Assembly: GCF_964204645.1 (NCBI RefSeq)
Contig: NC_134029.1
Coordinates: 5,580,001-5,644,000, forward strand
Direction: 5' to 3'
Origin: Tubulanus polymorphus
Lineage: Eukaryota; Animalia; Nemertea
DNA: 64,000 nucleotides
Shown: in pieces, positions 13,780-25,717 of the stretch
Layout of the letters: the number at the start of each line of letters is the position of its first letter
How positions within the stretch are numbered: position 1 is the stretch's first letter
Translations under genes and position numbers: made by a program
The notes under the pieces: generated by a model
Told to the model about the DNA's origin: nothing
The model's input: only the letters and a program-made list of their open reading frames with translations
The model's database searches: none

Positions 13780-15100
13780 CGCCGAGTGCTTGTGGTAATG
13801 TTTGCACTTTTTCGAAGTTTATTTAGACTATGAGTTCAAGAACCAGGTGATATGCGTGAAACAGTATTATTTGATAATCAAGGCCTTGGGACATGGCATA
13901 CGTGCTTCCCATCCAATTGCAGATCATCACAACCATGTCATTTGAAGCTATATGTGTTTAAAAATCTATACTTGTATTAATTCTAAATTACTATTTGAAC
14001 ACAACATATAATGACTGGAAGACTGGTAATAATCAAAGTTTTTTGAGTTAACAAGCAAGAACCCACAGTTGATATTAAAAAGTTTATAGTTTGACAGTTT
14101 CGGAGATTGAGAAACCATCCGCTGGAGATTGGCGCCAATGATCCACAAACCAATATAGTCGATTAGCAACTGGCACCACGAGATATTTGTGGAACTGACA
14201 TGTTTGAAATTCGAGTATTTTGGTGGATTCGGTTAATTGGAGGCATTTTATTTCTATTTCTGTCTAGGTTTTACGGCTATTCATTCACACTGCATCCGCT
14301 GACAAAGGCGATGAATTTGCCGCACGCACATGACCAATTTCATCTGGTCCAGTCTGGCTTGTTGTACGCTGACCAGGGGTATTTGATCACGTTCTAAAGA
14401 GTCTCTATCTTGACCTGACAATTGCTACAATGTTATAAAGTAGAATAAAAAAGAATAAAAAGCACGCTTCGTCCATGTTCCGTTCATTGTAAGCAGCTAG
14501 GGTCAGTTCACTGGTCAGTTTTTAAGTTATGGTCTCGCACATTGTAACTACCATCAGCTCCCGACGCGTGCGTCTCAAACAACAAGTAAATGGAGCTAAT
14601 ATAAACTGACGAGAAAGCCTGAGACATTCCCCATTTCTTAACCCTGAATTACTGTCGGATTGTGTTTTGTGTCCAATTATGATGAATACAAGTTTCATCC
14701 ATGCGCGCTTAATCTTGTACTGTCGGCACGTGTGCATGCCCGGTCACGTGATATTCAAGCAGACGAGACGGTGATACTTGTCACCAAATAAGCGGCCAAC
14801 AATTTCACGCAAGAATAAACGATGAAGATCAACGGATAATAATCACATTTTGAAACAGCAGACTGCGATTGTGAATGCTGGAAAAACAATTTGTAAACGA
14901 GTTCTCCGCAGCGCGCGCTGGGCGGATGTCCGTCCCACGCAAGCGAGCGGTCAGCCGATCCATGGCTCACCTGCCGAGAGGTCCGGCACGGACGCGGACA
15001 AAGACACAAGCTACAACCACTGCGATAGAGCTGGCGGACATTCAGTTAGTTTTTCGCGAAAAACGATAACTATGGGTTACCCAGTTTTTGTTTCCGCTTG
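13780..15100 (-). pseudogene. Decayed intronless rhodopsin-class GPCR (putative)
   Basis: Frameshifted minus-strand fragments in TM1-TM7 order: LGN..LSF (~15085), SASVPDL (~14990), GTDIR..YKLFF, LAAYLVTSITV (14799-14767), KRAWMKLVFIII (~14700), YLVVPV..WIIGANLQR (~14185-14120), FLLV..LIITSLPVII (~14060-14005), WFLN/HSLN (~13845-13821). Many stops and frameshifts. Confidence 0.45.
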
Positions 15101-18100
15101 GACATTCGACGCACAAAGAAGCGTTGCTGACCGCCTGTAGAATGACCATATGCTGAAGAACCAATTAGGCGAATACGGCTAGAGGGAACGACAAATTGGG
15201 ACATTTCATTTAGGATGAAAATCGTATGAATGTTCCTAAATGAAACATGCCCCGTACAAAAATAGTGTCGCGAACAACGGTATGGCGTGTTTGCTTTAGA
15301 CGGTAAGCAAATTTACGCACATCACACCTGAGGCACAGCCATTTATGTTGATTTAAAAACAACTTTTCTTTTTTTTACAAAGCAACATAAACTGCATTAA
15401 CGAAGTCTAATTTGTCTAGTATTTTTCACTTTGCCAAAGCCAACCATACTGAGTAGGCGTTCTACCTGTGGATTCGGAGGATATGGCTGGAAGCGATCCT
15501 CTAAATGAAATAAAGGGATTCGAAAAAACCACACCGAGCCAGATCTGTCCATATGTGACGGGCTAAAGCAACCTACAATTAAACGCAACAAGATGAAAGG
15601 GCTAAAAACTTCGCAATGGGAACAATACATCCATATGTTTTCTCATTAACAACCTTATGATCTTAATTTTCTATACGAGCGCGTTTGTTCATCTCTCTTC
15701 AAATTAGAGGTGACGATGTGATCTGTTGAAGTATAGTGCGAACGATAATAGGCATTTTGCCATGTTCTATTTGCATTTAAGCAGCGATTATTAGCCGAGA
15801 TTACGCACACGGTTAAATGCGTCGACTAAAAAATCGTCCATCCAATTGACTAATATGGATTTTGTCATTTAACATCCGGGTGGCTGCCTAGTTCGAACAA
15901 GGCCATCTGCTCGGAGCTCGACGATCAAAGGACATCGAGCAAAAACTGGTAATTAACAAAACACTTTTCAATGGACTGTTTTTGCTGCGTCGTAAAATTG
16001 AATTAAATCAAACGACGATTCATTTTCATCATCGGGTTTCAGACGCGGAAGACAGATGTCGCTACCTTCTCCATATCGTGTTATTATCGGACCTGCTAAT
16101 AAAATGTAGCGGCTAGATAACATCTACAAACGACGCGCGAACCGTAATTTATTTACCCACGTCCTGGCGTCAAATAGCTGCGAGGACTATCAGATTATCA
16201 TCAAATGAAATGCCACAGATTAGCGCGTTTCTTAAGCTCCGAATTCTTCTTAAATCTTACCTTTTAATTACCAAGCAGAAGTATACACTAACAAGATCAC
16301 CCGATCCCCTCCCCTTATCGGGGAGATGCATGAACAGGAACGAACAACAACTCGTGATTTTTAAGATTCTAACACGTTCGGATTTCGGTTCCAATTAAGC
16401 TCCTTAATCGCTGGAAATGGGTATCATTGTTTGATGCCCAGTCGTCAAGGGCCCTGTTATTCATTTGACTTAACGCGACGTTGAAAATACCAGGAAAAAA
16501 ATTTATCAATTTGTGGGCAAATGATTACGACACGACGCCCTATTATTAGCTAATTCACGTTTCGTAAGATTTTGTGAGATGAAGCGAAATGTTGGGCGGC
16601 AGAATCGCAAGTTTTGTCAATCAAGTCGGCTTTCACGAGTTGTCAACGTGGCGTTTAGGTTCTTGGAAATCATTCGGGGGTTGTCGGTAGTTGATGTGGC
16701 CAACAAAACTTCGGAAAACTGCCCACCGCCATTTTTATGGTGGCGAATTGCCAATTAAAAATAAGATAAGGAAAAATGATTTACGAAGTGGTGAACATTT
16801 CTAACTATTCCTGTCTGTTGTTAAAAGCTCCTTATATGGACTGTTGATCATCAGTTGGTTTGGGCTCACCCGGTAAGTACGTAGTCAATGTTGTGGGAAT
16901 TTTTTCCGGTTTCAATCCAAATCTCGAATAAAGATTCTGTAAAACGAAACAGATTCATGTCCTATTTAGACTGGAAGGAACGTGTATTATATTCCAAACC
17001 ACCACCTGCAGGTCAGGACATTCTATAATAAGTAATTGAATTTAGTTTTACAGCTAATAATAAAGAATAAAAATATGAAATTTCATGATAAATAATATAG
17101 CATTGAATGTGATCTATTGAATTGTATGCAATATTTGATCACCGGCTTCATAATTGCCACACATAAAACAATCGTTTCCATCCGACTGATAGAAAACTCA
17201 ATTCATAGCCTGTTTACAATACATCAGCATTTTATTATTAATTTTAGATAAACGTGACGCTATGTTTGCAGGCTGCCCAGGTGATGAAAGGTCCATTGTG
17301 TTCTATACATGGAGCCTATATATCAACGCTACAAAATTACCTTTGAAAAAATGCTAGCCATGCACCTTATCTCATATCATAAATATTTTCCGAAGAAATT
17401 CTTTTATCTCGTTTCGGTTACATCTCAAAAGCAACTTTCATGAACATTAAACTAGTAAGAAAGATTGGTAATACGCTTGGGTCTGTACCCAGTGACACCT
17501 ACTAACACAGCTTCAAGTAATTGTGGATTCGAGGAATTGGGGTTCGAACCTGAATAATGGTCGATCGACATCCAAAGAAGAGATTTTATATGAGGTGGTC
17601 CTGTCATGATGATCGCGAAGTATCGCAGTCTAAGAATATTTTGTTTCCTATATTTTCTCCTTAAATCTCTGTATGTATTACAAACCTGTTCCATTCTTGT
17701 GAATGCGGAAAATAGTGTCATTGGGACAAAGGGATCGTCTTGAGGTGGTCAAGATGGGCACGAGTCAGCAGCATTTAAATATAAAATTGTTATATACAAC
17801 GATACATAGCGCTCGTCGTCTTTTCTCCAGGAGATATAAGGCATATAACAATTCGAGATCTCTTTGAAAAGGTCTGTTAGGAACATTATGAAATTAATAA
17901 CTCGACAAGTGCTATTTCAATTAGTTGGTTAGTTGTAGCATATATCTAGCAATGGGTATTTTCGCTTGTGAGGTGTGTCATGTTCTACGTTCACCATTAT
18001 TTTATGATGCTTTCATATTGAAAATTGTTTCCCAGGGAGTATCTCGGCGTACGCACGTCGGCGCCATTGAGAATGGAGACCGGTAGAGGATAAACCTATA

Positions 18101-21100
18101 TGTTGTCGTTCAACAAAAACTACTCGTGGGAATCTCATCTTATTCATGTGACATATACAATAAAGAATAGGACAACTCTAGCACGTGAATATTTATCACG
18201 AGCGATATATGTAGTTGTATAGATTTATGGAATTGTCTTCGGTGACGACGTGGGTTTCCCACCGGGAGCGATGTCTTGTCGTCCCAACTTGTGTATTCGG
18301 TAATTGCCGTCATTGTTCCCGTCGAACGAACACCAGAAACCCGCCCAATTGCTCACTTCCGGTAGTTTCACCAGTTTTATTTCCTAGGACAAGGCAACGT
18401 AATTGTCATTTTTTGTCAACGGTTGGATAGGTCTAAATTCTCTGTTGACGTTTTATGTTATGCACGCAATTCGTAACCCCGTACAATGAAATAGAATTAT
18501 CACAAATTCAATAATCTCATTCGACCAATCATCCGACTCAATCTATAGGCCCTCCCAGAACTAAATCCCTCTTTCATTCGCGGCAGGTGTGTCGAGTTTG
18601 TAAGGGACGCATAATTCAATAAGAATCAAAATATAACCAATCAATCAAATCGATAGAGGAAAAGTATCCCTTATATATGTCGAAGTAAAATACATAGGAT
18701 CAATCCCTCCCTGTGAATCGAGGAGAGTTCCCTCGATAATATTATGAAAAACCGGTCAATCCTAATGCACCTACATTTTACTCCAGGTCAGGGTTCCGAT
18801 GCGAACGAATAACTACTTTGGCCTTGTTTCAAATAAAGGACTCGTGTCGCGGTCTCTTGTCTTCGTCACCTATAGTTCACTATAGAAATATGTTTTATGC
18901 GGCGCGTGCGTGAGCGCGTGTAACGCGCGCGGATGAATACAAGTATCTCATATTGATAACGCTAGACGGCGCTTGCGGTCGAATGAAATCCTGTAAAACG
19001 TGCCGAAACTATTTAGCCCGTTTTTAACAAATCAATCCTACCGTGGGAATCGTACTGTAGAAGCATTTAATGAAACCAATGATTCATATTTTCACACAAC
19101 TGATAAAAGAATATTCCTTTTTATCGTCTGCACTTGTACTTCCGATCGAACTCCTGAAAAAAGAGTTAATCTTTTATTGCGCACAACTGAATTTAATGGA
19201 AGGAATAAAGGACAAATAGTTACCACGTTAACAAAGTGTCCGTCTAACAAATGCCATTCGATATTGCCCTGTCGCTATAAAGTGTCGGTGAAATTTACTT
19301 TATAATCTGTTTGCTTCCATATCACACCTATTCTAATATTCAAAATGTGAACACAATGAGATGTCAAATCGAATACATTTCAGATGAAAATAAATGGAAA
19401 ATCAGGAAAAAACGATTTCACATTAATGACGATTATTATTAGTCTGAGTTAGAACTCCCGCCTTCGTAGAAATCTTCGCTAAATATCGCATTTTTCACTT
19501 AATGCCCGAACAAAACGACGATTCAATGGCCGATATGTGTATAATGACGATCTTGTGAAAGTTTATTGTTGAATACGAGCCAGGAGTCGAGACACACCTG
19601 TCGACTCGGAACTTCGAAGCTAGACCCCCGACTTACAATACGAGATCTCACACAGTTTATCAATCTGTTGACAGAACATTAATTTCACGGACACGACGAT
19701 AATTCTTGGTCGCTTATTAAGAATAAGGTTTTTTTCAAGGAAGTCCCCATGAACATATTTCACACGCATCCCAAGTGGCTGAGAACATGCCCAATTATTA
19801 TTAAAAAGAAAACATCGATTTTTCTGACGAAGATTCGGGGAGAATTGAATTTCGAGGGTTTTGTGCCAATTGCTGGAATGAAAATTGAAAATTTCAACCA
19901 AAGAAAACAAACGTTTTGATAATGCTGTGCCATCCATCATTTGAGGTTTCAATATTTAAGGACTTTGCGTTAAGACATTCATTTTTACTTTTCAACCCGG
20001 GATAGCAGACTCTTTGGGAAAGCCCGGGATCCACAAAAATATGAAAGAAATTACATTGCAACCAAAGATTTTCAAGGAAATATGCGATTTATATTTCATA
20101 TATCGAAATTCTTGCAAGGAAATCATTATTTACAAGATGAAACCCTATCGTACGATTCGTAGAACCGAAATCAAGCTTCTTAGTGGAGACCAATCAGTTG
20201 ATTCCCAGGAGATTCCGAGGAGTTCGTGATTCTACCAATATAGCACGCCTGGCGGGAATTTTCGTACAATAGCGATTTTGCGTTTAGTGTCAGATTTCGA
20301 CAACACGTAGGCGTGGCAGCACCATACAATGTGAGAAATTCTGTAAGAAATTTCGATTTGGAGAAACCCGGGCCTGATAAATAGCGAGCAATCATCACTG
20401 GCCTAATCTTACAACATTCCTATGAAAAATGAGATCAAACCGACGCAGAAACTGAGAAACTTGATACAATTTACATCTAAATCTTTATATTGTATACATA
20501 TTTGTATTTTAGCGGCAATATGGATGATCCTTGCTCATTAAAAAAAAAACATCGTAAGAATCAAATGTTCAGAATCAAATATCCCATTACATGAAGCATT
20601 TTGTATCATCATTATTCTATGTCTAATGAAATGAAAGAATTGAAGAATCTTCGAAATTGTAACATCTAAATAAAATCACATCGACGTTTATTCATGAAGA
20701 AAACGACCGTAAGACATAAGTACAACGCGTTACATCGTTACAATAATCAAAATGATTATCAATCAAAATGATTATCAATGCGCTTATCTAGATCATAAGA
20801 AGTACCAACGTACAACAGATGAGCTGGACAGTGGTAAACTCTCAGGCTGGACGACACACCCGTGTCCTTAGAAAATTTAATTCAAATTTCCCACATGAAC
20901 ACGAGCGCATGTTCACCCGAATGTTGATAATCATAGGGCAGTAAGCGTCGGCATTCGTTTGATGTGGCCGCTAGTCTGGCGCTATACTGATAAGACTGTT
21001 TAACGCTTTGAAGTAGTGAAGCAATGATCGCAACGTATATACAGTTAAAATTAATGACCCTCTATTTCACGGGATATTAATATATATGACAACGCGTTGG

Positions 21101-21663
21101 CTATAGTTGATATTATATGTGAGGATGCGTTGTAAACAGGCGATATATAGAGTACATTGAGTCGAGTTCATGAAATCGGCCACACCTTTTGTAGCATATG
21201 TCGGAGTGCAAAGAATAAGAGCTTTCGAAGAGAAAATTGTGCTGTATTTAAGATACTTGGTCAGAACGGGTTTTCACGCGTTTACGAGACATTTCCCTCT
21301 AATAGACGCGAATAGACATTATTCCTCTCTTTTCATTTTCGAAATGGTTTTAAGTTGAAAGAAATAAAGTCTATAGTTTTCATCAAAAGTATAAGATTGG
21401 AACTACCCGATATCCCACTATACAGAACTGCCTCAAGTATAGAACATCCTGTTGTTGCGATAGGAACGAACGATAAATCGTAGTAAAACTGACAGGAAAC
21501 AAAAACACGTGTAAAACTTTGTAAAAATACTTTAGAAAAATTGTGATCTTCGAAAAGTTGAATAGGTCATTTAGCGACGACAGAGGGAGGGACTCGCATT
21601 ACGTCACGCAGCCATGACGCGCCACTATTGGTCGTTGAACACAACGCGGCCTACATCGACCGG

Positions 21664-21683
21664 AGATCAAAGGGTAGCCGCCA
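21664..21683 (+). promoter_or_regulatory. TCF/LEF HMG site plus adjacent helper site (candidate Wnt response element) upstream of Cdx
   Basis: AGATCAAAGG (reverse complement CCTTTGATCT) at 21664-21673, followed 3 nt later by GCCGCCA at 21677-21683; about 250 nt upstream of the Cdx ATG. Confidence 0.6.
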
Positions 21684-21923
21684 TCATTAAAAGAGCAATA
21701 ACTCTAAATTATGGCAGTTTGTCAAATATCGCTTTGTAGATAGCCGAGCTATGACTTTGTGTAAGTTGATTGATGGGTAATATAGAAAGGACACGCAACT
21801 AGTTAACTATAACCGAGTTCAACGGGTACGCAGCGGCAAACCGAGCTCTCTTTACAGAGGGCATCAGAGCAAGCGACCATTACGTGTTCAGTACTTCAGG
21901 CGAACGGCAGTTTCGATGTGAGG

Positions 21924-22680
21924 ATGGTTTCAGTTCAATTTGAGCCTCATTTGACCATGTTACCCGGACATCATCATCACCATCATCATCCGCAAAACTC
22001 TTGGAGCTGCGCGCCACCGAATCCGTTCTGTTATCCGCAGCCGCAATCGACAACTACTCAGTACAATCAGGACTTATCCGGACAATATCATCACCACCAT
22101 CACCATCTTCAGCATCATCTATCCACGGCTACAGTCACATCACCTTACGGTATCGGCAACGAGAATTTGGCATACGGCAATCAGCAGCATTCTCCGTGGC
22201 CCGGTCTTTACCCAACGGCATCGGCGACCAGTACGCGCAATATTGACTGGGCACCGCCATTCGCGACAACAAACACACCGAATCAGTTACCGGCGGGCAG
22301 TACTAGTTCTCATCTTCCTCAAGGCGGTATTAATACGATCAGTAATCATCATCACCATCATCATTTACCTCTTCATCAACAAACTCACCACCATGAAGAC
22401 GTCAAGCCACTCTCGCCGTCATCTCAGCAGATTCCGACACAAGCATCGGTCACAGCGGTTCCTTCCCATCACCATCATCACCAAGCAGCCATGGGTATGT
22501 TATCTACTCGACCGATGGGTGTACCACATCGTAGCGATACTTCAGGCGGAGGCGGTCTGGTCTCAACGTCTGCGGGACCTACGTCCTCCAGACAGCAACA
22601 ACAACTATCGCCAAGTAAATCAGAAACGTCCGAATATTCGGAATGGCTGAAGAGCGAAAATCAACAAGAAACTAAAAAAT
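21924..22680 (+). CDS. Cdx: Cdx/caudal exon 1 (His/Gln/Ser-rich N-terminus, hexapeptide-like YSEWLK)
   Basis: ATG at 21924 (MVSVQFEPH...); long ORF with several poly-His tracts; EW motif shortly before the donor T|gtaagt at 22680/22681 (phase 1), in frame with the homeodomain exon. Confidence 0.85.
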
Positions 22681-25423
22681 GTAAGTATTCGATCAGCAAA
22701 AACCGAAAATCCTATCTCATCTTAATATCAATCGTTCTTGGAAATGCATATAACCTTATCAAGTTATCTAAATGGAATTGAACAACTAAAGACCAAAATG
22801 TTGATCAAAATCTCCATGATTTCACTTCAAACAGGGAGTCTTCACGATTCTTCACGTTATTATCTGAAACATTTCAGTTTTTGAAACAATGAAATGATAA
22901 ATGCGAATTTCATAGTGAAAGCGTGCACGAATGGTTTCAAAACATGAATTTAGATGATATGTATCAAGAGCCATGTATCTTTTCTAGTTGTCGTGTCTTT
23001 CAAATAATTATTTGAGCACTGTTTATAAAATCTAAACAAATCAAGAAATTGATGAGTGAGCTCATTACAATTAACGCAGTCACAAAATAAATTCTGGAGC
23101 AGGAACAAAATTTATGAATATTTCTTCTCCAGTGTTGTCAAGCGTTTTAGATTATTATTCCAACAGCGCATGTTTATATTACACTGATGTAAAGCGCACT
23201 GATTAAAATTTGTAGGAGTTCGCTATATAATTATGTTATTATTATAATTATGATAATGATAATTTATCATCAATAAATCCTACAAAAATGGCCCCTAAAA
23301 TCACTGGGCCAAATTGTCTTATGAATTTAAAATTATGCGCATTTCTCCGAAGAATTTGGATAGATTGGTCATATACATTTATATCTTATCAATATTATTC
23401 GGCAAATATCTAATTCTACAATTTAATATGCCCGCCCGTGTTGCGTGATTTTGCAACGCTATTCAATACGGATTCACAGCAGGTATGCAATTGAAACTAA
23501 TAGGATAACAATCAAACCACATTTAATAAACTCTATTTGAATACGAAGAATTTTACTAGATATAAGTGGTGACCGGTAAACAATCAAATGACAATCTTTA
23601 AACGGTTGTATTCCACGACGATTAGCTAATTCCTGTTGATATATTTTCCCAGGCTATATAGCCAGTCTATTTAATCTTGTACCCCGATTCGTCGGTATAT
23701 TTACGGAAGATAATCGGATTAAAGAAGTTAATTTGAAGGATCGATGTGTCTAGACACCGCTGTGACATGTTTTCGATGCGGGCAAAATGTTCGAAATAGT
23801 ATTATTCCGCAAGAATTGACGCAAATTGGCTTAATTCGTGTATTGTCTTATTGGACGTATTAAACGAGCTTAATTGCATATCCATATTAATCCTATTTCA
23901 CGATTGCAAAGTACTAGTAATTTTGTATACGATTTATTTCAGAATAATCCGTAAAAATCTGTCGAAATTTAAGAAATTCTATATATCATATTCCAAACAT
24001 TTTGTATCAATGTGCAATGCTTAAGAATTTGAATATTTTGCATAAGACGTTGTATGACAAAATATATATAAAAAAGTCGATAGTGTTGATTTTAAAAATA
24101 TCATGATTTACTACATAATTTTGTATATGTTTTCTCGCCGAGCTTTTTAAACATATCGTACAAAATGAATCACGTATAATTATTGATATTCTTTTTTGGA
24201 AATGTGTAAAAAAGAAACGAAAACGATAATCGGGCATCCTACGAATTGATTGTCCATGCAGTCGGCGATTTGTGTCCAGAAAATAAAAGAACTTTTGTTA
24301 AATTTCTCGGTATAGCGCCTAATCGTTAGTCATATTCTCAACTTCGCTTTAAATTATTACTAACTATTCTCGGTAGGAACTATTTAAAATCAAAAGAGAT
24401 CGTAGGCGCTCTAATCAAAGAGACTATTCTCTTTTTATGGAGTTGAGACGTCACGGAATTCCTATCAATTTCGCATTTAATCTTTCGAAATGGTCTGGTT
24501 TTCGGAGAAACCCCACAAAAGACAGGAAGCAGCGTTTTAGAATACATATATGTATAATGATGGTAGCTAAAAGTTTAATATTTTCAAAGAATTGAAAAAA
24601 ACCTACATGAATTTAGGAGTTTATTAGAAATGATGTTTGTTCGTATGGTCCTAATCAGTAGCAGGACAACTTAAAAAACTGAATAATGAAAAATTGACAC
24701 CAGGGTTCTGGCTTTCCGCTTCATCACGGTCGTGCTTGTAATCTATGCATTTTCGTCGTGTATATATTATAGTGTATCAAATCGTATTAATTAATGACAC
24801 TTCAAGGCGTGAAAATCACTCCCAACATAAATCACGTTATACCTTATCATTATATAACGATATATGATGACTGATTTCATATTCCACTGTCGAAGGTAAA
24901 GTCGAGCAATTGTTTACTGGTTTATAAACTCGAATATTTTATTAGGGGCTCTATACGGTGTGATTTACAATCAGCCGTTTAATGACTTATGAATATCAGT
25001 TTCGATTATTTTATGGACTCGACAATACAGCAATAATGTGCCTGTCTCATGCTCAAACCGACTTCATATAATAATAATAATCATAATATGTACATCATAA
25101 ATTAATTTATATATGAAAGGTGTATAATTTACGTTGTTTATTGCATCACAAACTGAAGCCGCGCTACGCCACGATCTACACGTTACCAAACCCGTGGATT
25201 TTAGTCATTACAATTTCATTATTCACAAAAAAATGAGAAATATCAACTTTGATTCACGGTTAAGATAGAAACCTAGGGGATTTTCTCTGTATAGATTGAA
25301 GATCATTCCGAAAAAAGGGCATTTTTAGATCAAAAGTTAGATATCTTCACAAAACAGCCTTATTTTCATTATTCTCAATGGTGTTTAAAATCAGGCTTTC
25401 TAAAATTCCAAGTGAATATTTAC

Positions 25424-25717
25424 TGTATTTCATTTGTAAACGCATTAAGAACGCATTAATTATAATGAAATTAGAATTCAGATTGAGAAGCTCCTTCGGC
25501 TCTTTTAGGGTTTCTAGCATATGTAACCTTGAAGGACAATAATTGAATTTTCTAAGCAAAAAATATATTCTGTATTTCATTAGCAAACGCATTAAGAACG
25601 CATTAATTATAATTAAATTGGAATTCAGATTGAGGAGCTCCTTCGGCTCTTTTAGGGTTTCTAGCATATGTGACCTTGAAGCACAATAATTGAATTTTCT
25701 AAGCACAAAATATATTC
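25424..25717. repeat. Tandem duplication, 2 x 147 bp, in the Cdx intron
   Basis: Units 25424-25570 and 25571-25717 are near-identical (tgtatttcat...aatatattc); explains the internally repeated ORF 25347-25706. Confidence 0.93.

Noticed and set aside
19749-19945. Possible THAP-domain relic (FHTHPKW ... DNAVPSI)
   Set aside because: Motifs are in different frames and the C2CH zinc ligands are missing; too weak to call.
22001-22650. Alternative-frame ORFs within Cdx exon 1
   Set aside because: By-products of the CAT/CAC/CAG-rich low-complexity coding sequence.
25347-25706. 119-aa ORF with an internal repeat
   Set aside because: Produced by the 147-bp (49-codon) tandem duplication; no protein-family signal.
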